Assembly (NCBI GenBank): GCA_963169695.1
Contig: CAUJDS010000011.1
Coordinates: 57,001-121,000, forward strand
Source of the DNA: Bdellovibrionota bacterium
Lineage (GTDB): Bacteria; Bdellovibrionota; UBA1018; CAUJDS01
DNA length: 64,000 bases
Direction of reading: 5' to 3'
In this document: positions 19,314-29,327 of the stretch, in pieces
How the letters are laid out: each line of letters starts with the position of its first letter
Position numbering within the stretch: the stretch's first letter is position 1
Translations under genes and position numbers: made by a program
Notes under the pieces: generated by a model
Told to the model about the DNA's origin: nothing
What the model saw: the letters and a program-made list of their open reading frames with translations, nothing else
Databases searched by the model: none

Positions 19314-19961
19314 ATGACTATTTTTGTCAGATTAAGGCAGTTTCTTCTCCTTTCATCCTTCCTGGCTGGGCTGTTTTTGCTTTCGCAGGCGGCAGCCCAG
19401 CCGCAGGCTCCCAAATCAGGGGCATCGGACGCTCAGAAGCGCCAAGCCAAAGAGAAAGAAACCGAGGAAGATAAGTACGACCGACTCGACGGCAAAGGCG
19501 CCTCCGGCAAAACCGTGGACGTTATCGAGTTTGCCGGCAACTTCGAAATTCACGTCTATCCGGGTGGCAGTACGCAGGGACTTTCTGTCAAAGTCGACCG
19601 AAGGAATAAGGACAAGCCAGTCGCAGTCATCGCTTACCGCTTCAACAACCAGGCACCACTCGTACGTCGAGCCATCCTCAGCATTCCGCTTTCGGACGGA
19701 TTCCTGTCCTATCGAGACACTAGCGTAACCGAATACGATAAATTTATTTTTAGCAATAATGAGTTAGCCGGTAAGGAACTGGTCAAATACAAGCTGGATC
19801 CTCCTCCGAAGCAACTCTACCCGGAAGGACATCCCGCCAATGATGTTCAAGCAGCGGCAGTTCGCGATGAACGGGAGCCTGCAAACAGTCCTCCAAAAAC
19901 TCCAGAAGTCGAGCAACCCACTGTCGACGAAAACGGCAGCCTCAAATCGTTCTCTTGGTAA
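19314..19961 (+). CDS. Secreted hypothetical protein (215 aa).
   Basis: Signal peptide (LLSSFLAGLFLLSQAAAQ). Charged, K/E-rich N-terminal region. No known domain. Confidence 0.45.
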   Translation: MTIFVRLRQFLLLSSFLAGLFLLSQAAAQPQAPKSGASDAQKRQAKEKETEEDKYDRLDGKGASGKTVDVIEFAGNFEIHVYPGGSTQGLSVKVDRRNKDKPVAVIAYRFNNQAPLVRRAILSIPLSDGFLSYRDTSVTEYDKFIFSNNELAGKELVKYKLDPPPKQLYPEGHPANDVQAAAVRDEREPANSPPKTPEVEQPTVDENGSLKSFSW

Positions 19962-19965
19962 AAGA

Positions 19966-20952
19966 CTAGCGACTATTCTGCCTTACTTTTTGAAACACCT
20001 CGTCGCTTAATCTCTTTGCCTCACTTTTTGTCAATGCCTTGGATCGAACAAAGTCCCGCAACTCCCTATCGAAAACACGCTTACCTTGGCGAGACAGAGT
20101 AGATCTCAGCTCGGTCATCATTGCTTTGCCCTGCAGGTCGGTTTGCTTTCCTGCAAGATAACTCCGTGGTGGAAAGCTCCCGAAACTCCAAAACAACTCA
20201 GCCAAACTTTCCTCGGCGTCAGCCGGACTCTCCAAGATCGTTACAAAGCTATGCTCGGTCATCAGGTCCAGCGAGGATGAGACGGACCTAAGATGGTTGC
20301 GTACCTCTTCCTGAAACTTCCATTCACTGAACAGCCTCTTGGAATTTTCAAGGTGAACCAAAAATGCGGCCCATTCGGACGTCACATCAACTACACGCTT
20401 CGGCAAGAGCAAGTACCCAAAGAGTCCGTGATTGCGATAATCATGGGAGAAGTAATCCGGGTTCGAAGTAGACACCGTATAGCGGCGTCTGGCCCAATTT
20501 CTTCCCACTTCCACACTCGCCAGGCCACCAAAGGTTGTTTTTTCATACGTAAAGGCTGTCACCCACGGCGCATCAGGATCGTCACCCTGCTGCAGTTCTA
20601 AGATTCTGGCATTCAGACGCGCGAGGTCTGGAATAGACAAGAATCGATTCTCCACACCAGTAACTTGAAATTTCTCACACCACTTGGGTGCAATTCGAAT
20701 CGCATCAAAGAAAGGTTCGGCTATTCCAGGATTGGTATGGGCATTATTCTTTTTGATCGCAAAATGATGGATCGCTCCACCCTGTGGGAATGAAGTTTTA
20801 TTACGCTCTCGCATTTCGTAGAGCACGTAAGCCTGCTTGGGGATTGAGCGATAACCTGGAAGAAAAGTAAACGCGCAGTCGTCTTCTTGCGACTGCGCGC
20901 TACTTACAAAAACCAATAAGAGCGTAAATCGAAGTAGCCAGTTTAAACCCAC
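19966..20952 (-). CDS. Secreted hypothetical protein (328 aa).
   Basis: Signal peptide (LLRFTLLLVFVSSAQSQ). No known domain. Confidence 0.45.
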   Translation of the reverse strand: MGLNWLLRFTLLLVFVSSAQSQEDDCAFTFLPGYRSIPKQAYVLYEMRERNKTSFPQGGAIHHFAIKKNNAHTNPGIAEPFFDAIRIAPKWCEKFQVTGVENRFLSIPDLARLNARILELQQGDDPDAPWVTAFTYEKTTFGGLASVEVGRNWARRRYTVSTSNPDYFSHDYRNHGLFGYLLLPKRVVDVTSEWAAFLVHLENSKRLFSEWKFQEEVRNHLRSVSSSLDLMTEHSFVTILESPADAEESLAELFWSFGSFPPRSYLAGKQTDLQGKAMMTELRSTLSRQGKRVFDRELRDFVRSKALTKSEAKRLSDEVFQKVRQNSR

Positions 20953-21025
20953 CCCTTCGTCGTACTTCCGAGTGGCTCGGGTGGCAAGACGAAGTGCGTC
21001 CGTTCACCGGGATAACGGTGACGAA

Positions 21026-22222
21026 TTAAACTCCGATTCCGCCGCCACAACCAACTCCTGTGCAACCTCCACCGGTTCCACCACCTGCCGGTACAAGACA
21101 GTAGTTGACGTCAACAATGGACTGAGCGTGGCCAGGTTGAAGTAGTCGAACCACATTGGTGAGACTTTGGTACTGAAACGTTGATTCTACACCATCCACA
21201 TAGACGTGAATACTCGCTGGGTCAATTTCTGGCCGAGCCAACGTGATCTCAGTAATCAGGGTCAAGCTTCTGCTGACGAGTTGACCAATGCTCGCAAGTC
21301 CTTGGTCGAAGTGTCCATTCGCCATATTGACAGCGATTCCGAGCGCGTACTGAATGGCGTCCATGTATCCCCAGCCATATTCATTTTCACCGCCCGATGG
21401 AACATGATCGCGATCACTGTAAACAATGCCGCTGATCAAGACAGGCTTGTCGCCTTTGACTGATTTCACCAAGTTCACGGTAGACTCGTGAGTGACATTT
21501 CCGCAATACTGAGTGAAGGCCGGAAGCTCCAAGTATTCTGGGTCAAAAACACGTTGAACGCCAGCGGGATAGCGGGCACAAATATCATTCTCATCCGAGA
21601 TAAAGACCACTGCAAGTGCGGCTTCATCTCTCAAGAATCCCTGCTGCTTGATGGACTGCAAGCGCGGGCCTGTCAATCCATAGCTCAGTGAATACAAGCC
21701 AGCTTCTCCCCCATCCGTACTCCAATCGGTCGCAGAGCCAGTGAGGTTATTGCGAAGCTGCGTTCGAATTTGAGCAGAAGTCATGGTGTCAGAATTGAGC
21801 ACATAAGCATTGGAACTACTGCGTCGGTACAGCTTGCCCGACCAAGTACTATTGTCTCCATGAGCGAGCATAACACCCACTCGGTAACTGGTCTGAGCTG
21901 GAAGTTCGGCGACAAAGGCGTCGATCCCATCGGCTATGGCTGCCCGTTCTTGATCTAAAGAGCCGGAGGTATCGGTAACAAATAAAATATCTACATCACT
22001 TGCAATTTGCTCTTCTGGTTGAACCAAGCGCTGATTGAAACAGCTAGGCTGGGTATCAGGTGGATCCACGGTTCCACCACCCTGACTTTCAACAGTAAGG
22101 GCATTATTGATCGCCTGTTTGGCTTGGTCTGTAAGCTCACAAGCCTGAAGAGCAACGCCCATGACCACCATGGCCGCGGCTGTAGAGAGTGTTCCATAAC
22201 TCTTTGAGTGACTTGCCTTCAT
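21026..22222 (-). CDS. von Willebrand factor type A (vWA) domain lipoprotein with a Gly/Cys-rich C-terminal tail.
   Basis: MIDAS motif DILFVTDTSGSLD. Lipobox (VALQAC). C-terminus PAGGGTGGGCTGVGCGGGIGV. Likely start is M16 (MKASHSK...) of the track ORF. Confidence 0.65.
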   Translation of the reverse strand: MKASHSKSYGTLSTAAAMVVMGVALQACELTDQAKQAINNALTVESQGGGTVDPPDTQPSCFNQRLVQPEEQIASDVDILFVTDTSGSLDQERAAIADGIDAFVAELPAQTSYRVGVMLAHGDNSTWSGKLYRRSSSNAYVLNSDTMTSAQIRTQLRNNLTGSATDWSTDGGEAGLYSLSYGLTGPRLQSIKQQGFLRDEAALAVVFISDENDICARYPAGVQRVFDPEYLELPAFTQYCGNVTHESTVNLVKSVKGDKPVLISGIVYSDRDHVPSGGENEYGWGYMDAIQYALGIAVNMANGHFDQGLASIGQLVSRSLTLITEITLARPEIDPASIHVYVDGVESTFQYQSLTNVVRLLQPGHAQSIVDVNYCLVPAGGGTGGGCTGVGCGGGIGV

Positions 22223-22267
22223 GCGATCTCCCAATCTGGCGACTTCCCGTCGTCGTATATTTAACAT

Positions 22268-22358
22268 TTATTAACATTATGCATTATGTTTCATTATTCA
22301 GCAAGTCATGGCATTTTACGAGTTATTTCATAAGGTTATATGCTAGCCTCAGTGGCAT
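22268..22358. promoter_or_regulatory. AT-rich divergent intergenic region with TTAACATT direct repeats.
   Basis: ttaacatttattaacattatgcattatgtttcattattcag lies between the divergently transcribed vWA and GT87-like genes. Repeated TTAACATT and ATTATG motifs suggest a regulator binding site. Confidence 0.35.
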
Positions 22359-23492
22359 ATGACTGGGTTGATCCGAGGTTTTAGGCGCATAAACCCCCTT
22401 TGGCTGCTGGCCCTTCTCTGGGGTGTAGGCATGGTTGCTGGGGTCTACCGATCGTGGATCACTCGCTGCTATACCGACTTTGATGTCTACTATGATGCTG
22501 GCACGAGGTTCTACCAGGTGCTTCGGGGCCAAGCAGCCGACTTCACTGTTCGAACCGACGAGACTTCGCCCTTTCGATACGCGCCCTTTCTTGGGTGGCT
22601 TTTTATTCCGCTTACCTTCTTACCTCGTTACGGAGCATTGGCGGTCTGGGCTTTCCTTCAATGGTGCTGTTACGGTTGCTCTCTTTGGCTATTACGAAAA
22701 CATTTCAAACTTTCCGCCGGATCTTGCTGGATTGTCTTTTTGGGAACTTTGCGATTCGCGGTGGACAATGCAAACATCGGCCAAATTTCTGCACTGGACC
22801 TTTTACTCCTCACTTTTGCAGCTACCTCTACGTCAGCAACTTTTAGCGGATGGAGCCTCGCTGCAACATCGTTAATCAAAATTCGGCCTTTGGCATTTGC
22901 CGGTATCTGGATCCTCAGAAAAGACTGGAAACGCATTCGCTCTTTGGGAATGGGATTGGTGGTACTGATCCTTCTTTCACTCAGCTTTGGGCACGAGGCT
23001 TTCCTCTATTGGACAAAAAATCTCTTTCATACATCCTTGATTCACGCTTCCAGCTTTGGCAATCAAGCACTTTGGGGAGTGTTTTCACAAAATACAAACT
23101 ACGGTTCGCTTCTTCATCACACCTTGGCAGTATGCACATTGATTGGATTTTACAGGCTCTGGCTTCGTCACCGAAAGAACTTTAATTTAGGTTGGTCCTT
23201 AGGAATTGTATGGATCCTCGCCTTCGGAATGCTCACTTGGAAAAACACTTTTATCCTTCTGGCATTTCCACTGAGTTACGTACTGACCCTAAAAAGCTCG
23301 TCATCCACGCGATTGGCGTTGGGAGCATCGCTGATTTTTCTTCTCAGCTCTCGCGAAGTGATTGGATGGCTTTCCGTCCCGATCTATGATGCGACGATGC
23401 TCTACCGCACCACTGCAGTCCTTAGCCTTCTTCTGATTCCCCTAGCCCTGATCGGCTCCAAAGAAAGCGCCTCTGCCCGCAAACATCGGTGA
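22359..23492 (+). CDS. Polytopic membrane protein, DUF2029/GT87-like (PimE-type mannosyltransferase family).
   Basis: 377 aa with 9 or more TM segments. N-terminal ...YTDFDVYYDAGTRFYQVLRGQ resembles the GT87 DUF2029 signature. Confidence 0.5.
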   Translation: MTGLIRGFRRINPLWLLALLWGVGMVAGVYRSWITRCYTDFDVYYDAGTRFYQVLRGQAADFTVRTDETSPFRYAPFLGWLFIPLTFLPRYGALAVWAFLQWCCYGCSLWLLRKHFKLSAGSCWIVFLGTLRFAVDNANIGQISALDLLLLTFAATSTSATFSGWSLAATSLIKIRPLAFAGIWILRKDWKRIRSLGMGLVVLILLSLSFGHEAFLYWTKNLFHTSLIHASSFGNQALWGVFSQNTNYGSLLHHTLAVCTLIGFYRLWLRHRKNFNLGWSLGIVWILAFGMLTWKNTFILLAFPLSYVLTLKSSSSTRLALGASLIFLLSSREVIGWLSVPIYDATMLYRTTAVLSLLLIPLALIGSKESASARKHR

Positions 23493-26139
23493 GTCGGCAG
23501 CGAACGCATTCCTTCTCCAAACGAGGCTTTGCTTCGTAATGACCCTGCTTAATCGATCGAACACTTTCCTCGACCAGAGCCTTCGCGCGGGACCAAATCA
23601 CTTCAGGTTCGTCCGAGAATAGCGAGGCTTTGGAGCGTGTATGGGTAAGTGATCCGGGATTTTTTCCGTTGTAAGCTTCCAAGAAAATTCCACGCGCGCG
23701 ACTCACTTCTCGTCCTAAACTAACGTATTGCGCGCCCAAGACTTCTTGCCCCAATTTTTCGCGAGCCGCGACCGCATAAAAAGGAAGCTGAAGGCGATAC
23801 CCCTGCTCTAGAATTTCGGCACCGGTCGGAACGTCCGTTGTCGTCTTATAGTCGATCACAAAGACACCGTCGACATGCTGATCCAAGCGGTCTGGCACTC
23901 CGCGCACCAGCGTCCCATCTACTTCCAACTCCAAGACTTGCTCGCGTTCGACCGAGTAGAGTTTTGTTTCGGAACGAGCACGATACACTTGCTCGTCGTC
24001 CCAAAAACTCACCAAAATCTTCATCAATCGCCCTTTGACGTATTGTTCAGAATGCCGGCCTTTCATCCAACCCGCAGGATTGCGCTCGGACCATGCGCGC
24101 TCAAGGGCTCCAGCAAGATTGACGTCTTGCCCCTTCTCTCGGTCCTGTAAGATCCATTCAATTGCTCGATGAAGGATGGTACCCCGAACATCTGGCCAAA
24201 GTTCATCCTCAGGCTCGCGCTCATCTTGTATCTTCCAGCGATGGTCTACTAACGCCTGGAAGGAGCAGCGGGTATAACGATCCAATTCGGTCGCTTCAAG
24301 GTGCTTCTTTCCGCGATTTTCCCAGTTGGGCAGCTTCACCGATCGACATTGGATTCGTGTCGTGTTGCGATAACTCAAAAGGCGCTCTTTTCGAGGCTGA
24401 TCGATGACTCGATTCCAATTCACCGGAATTTTTTCTGCGATCAACTCATCGATATTGCGTAGTTCTTTGCCTTGACCATCATACGAGGCGAGGTGCCAAT
24501 GAACTTCTTTGGCTCCCACAAACCACTGCAGCAGGAGTCGCTGCCGGTCCTCCTGAAGGCCTCGCAATCCCTCAATCTGAAAGTCCACAGCAAGCCATTC
24601 TCGTTCTTTCCAAGAAAGTGCCATATCCGATTCGGTTGGTTCCCAATACAAATCCCGTTCTCCCAATCCAAAGAAATGAACGGCGACGCGCTCTCCTTCC
24701 TTCCAAAGTGGCGCTTGCTGGAAAAGGTGAATCTCCACCCCCTCCTGTGCAACCAGACGTTGTACCGAAGGAGCAATTTCTTCCAGAAGCTCTTGGAGCT
24801 TCTTCAGCCAGGACAACACTGGAAGCGCAAGGGTCTCCTGCTTGAGAAACTCCCAATCTACGCTGAGTGATTCATACACCCTCGTCAAGAACTCTCGCTC
24901 ATCTCCCGTTTCAAAACAGGCCTCATGCTGGACTTGGAGCTGCTCCAAGGTGAGCCGCTGAGAAAACCTGCCCTGAAGCGTGGCAAGTTCTTTGCCCAGC
25001 CCTGCTAAGACACCACCTTGATAGCCCTGTAAACCACGACGAAGTCCTCGTCGCTGAATCTCTCGGGTCAAAACTTGTTTCTCGGAGCCTGAATACTGCG
25101 GTAAAGACCAGAGCCATTCAAGAACCTTTGATCTCTCAAAGCGCTGCCCAACTAGTTGAAGCGGAAGAAGGATGCGCTTGGAAACCTCTGCTTGCCGAAC
25201 AGACAAGGGGTCACGCGTTTCTCGCGTGGCAATTCCCGCTGCTTTCAATCCTCTCCGCAAGGACCTCCGAAGCTCAGGACGATCCGGAATAACAAGAAGG
25301 CTACGCTCCCCGGACTCTTTTTTTGCGAGAGTGTCTGCCAGGGCACTTACTGCTTCATCCCAGGTATGGGCTCGGTGAAGCGTCCACACATCATTTGTCG
25401 TGGAATCCATCCCCGTTTTGACCCATTCACAAGAAACGCACTTGGCCACCTCGTCTAAAAAACTCTGCTCCAAGGATTCTGAGTCGCTCTGGTAAAGATA
25501 GACCCACTCCACTCCCCGCCAGCCTTCGGGAATAGCTCCATCCCGCAGGCGATCCCGCGCCAATCGCAAAAGCAGCGGCGAATCCACTCCCCCGTACGAA
25601 TCAAGGTAGGACTCATACGCATCCGCCATGCGTAGGATTTCTTCTCTCAAAACGGAGTGCGCGTTCTTCTCTGCCAATCTTGCTAGTAGGACTTCACGCT
25701 CTTCAAGCTCTGCATACAATCCGCGTGTCTTCTGAAGTGCTCGATCCAATCGCTTAAGAAATCCTGCACGCTTCTGAAATTTTCGCAGCTCCGGAAAGTA
25801 AACTGCGATCTCTTGCCGTCTCAGGAGCATTTCTAAGATTGCCCGTCGCACACCGGGAGAAACAAGGACTCGGTCCGGCACTACTTGTTGCGCTAGCTCC
25901 TGAATGGAGCAGATCTGGTGAGAAAGGAGCGATCCGCCTCGCGCAAAGATTTGTTCCTTGGCAGCCTCCTTAGAAAGACCCCGTCCTAGGCAGATCCGCT
26001 TCCTGGCACGCAGCCCACTGAAGTCCGACCAGTCCAACTGACTTATAGGTAATGCAGACGCGTATTTCCCCAATCGCGAGACTCCAAGTCTATCTTGGGC
26101 ACCCGTCCGGACTTCTTGCGGGTTTCTCCAATCAGCCAA
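23422..26139 (-). CDS. PD-(D/E)XK nuclease superfamily protein, AddB/RecB-nuclease-like with a C-terminal Fe-S cysteine cluster.
   Basis: 905 aa. RecB-type nuclease motif GVFVIDYKTT. C-terminal CVRC...C cysteine set as in AddB. No Walker A motif seen. Its 5' end overlaps purM by about 97 nt, so the true start may be downstream. Confidence 0.6.
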   Translation of the reverse strand: MADWRNPQEVRTGAQDRLGVSRLGKYASALPISQLDWSDFSGLRARKRICLGRGLSKEAAKEQIFARGGSLLSHQICSIQELAQQVVPDRVLVSPGVRRAILEMLLRRQEIAVYFPELRKFQKRAGFLKRLDRALQKTRGLYAELEEREVLLARLAEKNAHSVLREEILRMADAYESYLDSYGGVDSPLLLRLARDRLRDGAIPEGWRGVEWVYLYQSDSESLEQSFLDEVAKCVSCEWVKTGMDSTTNDVWTLHRAHTWDEAVSALADTLAKKESGERSLLVIPDRPELRRSLRRGLKAAGIATRETRDPLSVRQAEVSKRILLPLQLVGQRFERSKVLEWLWSLPQYSGSEKQVLTREIQRRGLRRGLQGYQGGVLAGLGKELATLQGRFSQRLTLEQLQVQHEACFETGDEREFLTRVYESLSVDWEFLKQETLALPVLSWLKKLQELLEEIAPSVQRLVAQEGVEIHLFQQAPLWKEGERVAVHFFGLGERDLYWEPTESDMALSWKEREWLAVDFQIEGLRGLQEDRQRLLLQWFVGAKEVHWHLASYDGQGKELRNIDELIAEKIPVNWNRVIDQPRKERLLSYRNTTRIQCRSVKLPNWENRGKKHLEATELDRYTRCSFQALVDHRWKIQDEREPEDELWPDVRGTILHRAIEWILQDREKGQDVNLAGALERAWSERNPAGWMKGRHSEQYVKGRLMKILVSFWDDEQVYRARSETKLYSVEREQVLELEVDGTLVRGVPDRLDQHVDGVFVIDYKTTTDVPTGAEILEQGYRLQLPFYAVAAREKLGQEVLGAQYVSLGREVSRARGIFLEAYNGKNPGSLTHTRSKASLFSDEPEVIWSRAKALVEESVRSIKQGHYEAKPRLEKECVRCRLTDVCGQRRFLWSRSGLGESEEG

Positions 26140-27074
26140 GCCATTTTACCAGAACGATGAATCGCTCCAATCACTGGGCCGACATCTTTGGGCTTCACCG
26201 CTAGAACCATTCCAAGTCCCATATTGAAGGTCTGAGCAGCTTCTTCAAATTTTATTTTCCCGGTATGGCGCAGCCAAGTATAGCATGGCGCGATCTCTTC
26301 GAGAGGCGGCAGCACCAGATCATAATCCAGTTTGTCGCTGATCCTTGGTAGGTTCAAAAAACCCGACCCCGTAATATGGGCCATGCCCTGAACCCAGCCT
26401 TTTTCTATGACTGGCCAAAGCGAGCGCACATAAATCTCGGTTGGACTTAATAGGGCTTTGACGAGGTCCTTACGGTTCTTTCCGGATTGGGGCAGGAGTT
26501 TTCTGAGGAGGCTGTAGCCATTGCTATGAAACCCGCTGGAGGCCACTCCCACCAGTGCCAAACCTGATGGCAAAGCCTTCTTAGGCAGTAGCTGCTTTGA
26601 GGATAAAAAACCTACTGCAAAACCTGCCAAATCATACTCACCTTTTTGGTAGATACCAGGCATCTCAGCGGTTTCGCCACCGACGAGTGCGCATTCGGCC
26701 ATCTCACAACCCTTGACGATTCCTGAGAGTACTTTCTTGGCGGTTGAAAGCTTGAGTCCTCCCGTTGCAAAGTAGTCCAGAAAAAATGCCGGCTTGGATC
26801 CCACACAGAGCAAGTCATTGACAGACATCGCAACCAAGTCGATGCCAATAGTTGAATGAATTCCCGATTCAAAAGCCAATTTCAGCTTAGTTCCAACTCC
26901 ATCAGTCGTAGCCGCGACATACTGAGCACCAGATCGAATCACGGACGCATAGCCACCAATCGAAGGATGGACTTTGGATGCCTGATTTCCTCGATTCATT
27001 TTCTGAATGCTGCTCACCAGCTGATCGCCGCGTTTTCGAGAAACTCCTGCTTTTTCGTACGTCCACGTCTTCAT
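26043..27074 (-). CDS. purM: Phosphoribosylformylglycinamidine cyclo-ligase (AIR synthetase).
   Basis: 343 aa. PurM N-terminal and C-terminal domain motifs (GGYASVIRSG..., DGVGTKLKLA, GGETAEMPG). Confidence 0.88.
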   Translation of the reverse strand: MKTWTYEKAGVSRKRGDQLVSSIQKMNRGNQASKVHPSIGGYASVIRSGAQYVAATTDGVGTKLKLAFESGIHSTIGIDLVAMSVNDLLCVGSKPAFFLDYFATGGLKLSTAKKVLSGIVKGCEMAECALVGGETAEMPGIYQKGEYDLAGFAVGFLSSKQLLPKKALPSGLALVGVASSGFHSNGYSLLRKLLPQSGKNRKDLVKALLSPTEIYVRSLWPVIEKGWVQGMAHITGSGFLNLPRISDKLDYDLVLPPLEEIAPCYTWLRHTGKIKFEEAAQTFNMGLGMVLAVKPKDVGPVIGAIHRSGKMAWLIGETRKKSGRVPKIDLESRDWGNTRLHYL

Positions 27075-27080
27075 ACTACC

Positions 27081-28667
27081 TCAGTGCTTAAAATGCCTAC
27101 GACCACTCATCATCATCCCGAGACCCCTTTGATCACATTCCGCAATAACTTCTGAATCCTTGATGCTCCCACCTGGCTGCACAATCCAAGCTATTCCAGC
27201 CTCGGCACAAACCTGAATGGAATCCGCAAAAGGGAAGAACGCATCGCTAATGAGAAGCGATTGCTTGAGATCTCCGGGCCATTGTGATTCCTTCAGGGTC
27301 TTCTTGGCGCGAGGAATTGCTAAAATCTGAATCGCATCAATTCGATTGGGCTGCCCTTGTCCCGCGCCAATCAACTGGTAGCCACGTTTCTCTGGAAGCT
27401 CTCTCACCAACGCAATGGCATTGGACCGCAGGCATCGCGTTACTGCTATACCAAAAGAAGTCAACGATCTGAATTCTTCAGGAAATGTCTTTTTCGTTAC
27501 GGACTTCAATTCCTCTTCTCCGCCACTGTCGGGAGATTGCATCAAACGGCCACCAGGAATAGCGGTCACTAGTTGGTCAGCCCAAGGCTCAATCCTTCTC
27601 AGCGACAATGCTTTCAGTTTTTTTCGCGATCGCAGCAAGGCATTCAATTCCTTAGAACCCGAAGCCAATCCCGGGGCAGCAACCAATTCTACAAATCGTG
27701 GGGCCAACCATTCTGCGGACTCTTGCGTAAGAGGATCACTGAAGCACAGCACTCCACCGAAAGCGGAAACGGGGTCTCCCTCCCACGCAGCCTGAAGTGC
27801 CTTAAGCTGAGACTGCGGTTCTGCTCGATTGATCCACGCTACTCCACAAGGATTGCCGTGTTTGACTATGACGACGCCGGTCCGCCCAGGAAAGCCTCGA
27901 TGCAATTCTTGAGTAAGATCATAAGCAGCCGTCATATCCAAAACATTATTGTAAGAGAGCGCCTGATCGGTCAGAGGCTTCTCAGAACCCACGGGCCAAG
28001 CAATCGGAGAATTCGGATCGACTTGCATCGAGGCCGTTTGATGCGGATTCTCGCCATAGCGTAGGGTCAAGGTCTCGCAACCTCTCAATTTTCTTTCTAT
28101 GGCGGAATCATAGTCCGCTACTCGCCTCCAAGCCTCCAATGCCGCTTGGCGAATGGTACTCTCTTCCACGCCATTAGTCCGATTCAATTCCAGAATCACT
28201 TGTGGATACTGCTTAGGATCGGTGAGCACGAGACAATCCGGCACACTCTTCGCCGCAGCTCGCACCCACGTAGGTCCGCCGATATCTATTTCTTCATGCA
28301 AGGCTCTAGCGTCCTGAAGCAAGTCCATTTTTTCAGCAGCTTTTTCAAAAGGATAGAAATTAATGACCACGGCATCAATAGGAAGCAGCCCTAGCTTCTT
28401 GAGATCGGCTTCATCTTTTTCGTCACCACGGCGATAGAGCAAACCGCTCCCAACCTGAAAAGAGAGTGTTTTCATCCGTCCCTGAAAGGCTTCAGGATTC
28501 CCAGTGATCTTCTCAATCGGCACAACCGACAGGCCTGCATCGACAAGAACTTGCGCCGTCTTGCCAGTTGCTACTAGTTCTGCGCCCGCCTTCGCAAAAG
28601 CATGGCCCAACTCAGCCAACTGATCTTTATTTGACACACTCAAGAGAACCCTTCGAGGTCGAAGCAC
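27081..28667 (-). CDS. purH: Bifunctional AICAR transformylase/IMP cyclohydrolase.
   Basis: 528 aa. N-terminal MGS-like domain (RVLLSVSNKDQLAELGHAFAKAGAELVATGKTA). C-terminal AICARFT domain. Confidence 0.88.
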   Translation of the reverse strand: MLRPRRVLLSVSNKDQLAELGHAFAKAGAELVATGKTAQVLVDAGLSVVPIEKITGNPEAFQGRMKTLSFQVGSGLLYRRGDEKDEADLKKLGLLPIDAVVINFYPFEKAAEKMDLLQDARALHEEIDIGGPTWVRAAAKSVPDCLVLTDPKQYPQVILELNRTNGVEESTIRQAALEAWRRVADYDSAIERKLRGCETLTLRYGENPHQTASMQVDPNSPIAWPVGSEKPLTDQALSYNNVLDMTAAYDLTQELHRGFPGRTGVVIVKHGNPCGVAWINRAEPQSQLKALQAAWEGDPVSAFGGVLCFSDPLTQESAEWLAPRFVELVAAPGLASGSKELNALLRSRKKLKALSLRRIEPWADQLVTAIPGGRLMQSPDSGGEEELKSVTKKTFPEEFRSLTSFGIAVTRCLRSNAIALVRELPEKRGYQLIGAGQGQPNRIDAIQILAIPRAKKTLKESQWPGDLKQSLLISDAFFPFADSIQVCAEAGIAWIVQPGGSIKDSEVIAECDQRGLGMMMSGRRHFKH

Positions 28668-28670
28668 TTT

Positions 28671-29318
28671 CTATCTCCTCTTCAAAACTTCATTGGTGAG
28701 TTCATTTTTGTCGTCTGCAGTTTTAGGGAAAACCTGAGACAGCTCTTCACCTAATTTTTCAATTCGTGCGCAGACTCCTTCCATTCCTTTGGAGGATCTC
28801 CATACCGTACAAAGATCTGTCACGAGTTTTTTCCAATAGGACTCGGACATTCGCAAATAAGCTTCCTTATCTGCGATAACTTCGATAGCGCGTTCCATGT
28901 CCGACAGGTAAATCAAAACTCCGTTGTGTTGGCGTGTCTCAGCCAAACCCTGTAGCAAAAACTGCGCTAGGGCTTCTCTTCTCAATGAGGCTGCAACTAT
29001 CTTTTGTGAGAGCGTCTTACGCTTCAGCCAAGGAAGAAAGGCCAGTCCATTGCCAATCGCCATGCCGAGTGTTTGCCAAAATAAAATTTCCACGAGACCC
29101 TGATTCCAACTTGGGGCCTGAAGGTACTGAATCCATAGAATCATCGAAGCAAAAATCCAACCCAGAATTGCCCAAAACGCATGAACCCAAGCTGCTGGCG
29201 TACTAGAAGTAGCCATTACGATTGCAATTTCAGCGTTCGTGAGCGACTCCGCATGCTCAACTGCTTTTTGGATTTGCTCCTGATCTTTTATATTAAGTGG
29301 GTCTTTTTTGGATATCAT
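28671..29318 (-). CDS. TPM-like domain membrane protein (third member of the LemA/TPM triplet).
   Basis: 215 aa. Central TM helices. Weak TPM-fold pattern (...NAEIAIVMATSS...GVLIYLSDMERAIEVIADKEA). Confidence 0.45.
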   Translation of the reverse strand: MISKKDPLNIKDQEQIQKAVEHAESLTNAEIAIVMATSSTPAAWVHAFWAILGWIFASMILWIQYLQAPSWNQGLVEILFWQTLGMAIGNGLAFLPWLKRKTLSQKIVAASLRREALAQFLLQGLAETRQHNGVLIYLSDMERAIEVIADKEAYLRMSESYWKKLVTDLCTVWRSSKGMEGVCARIEKLGEELSQVFPKTADDKNELTNEVLKRR

Positions 29319-29327
29319 TGCTTCACC

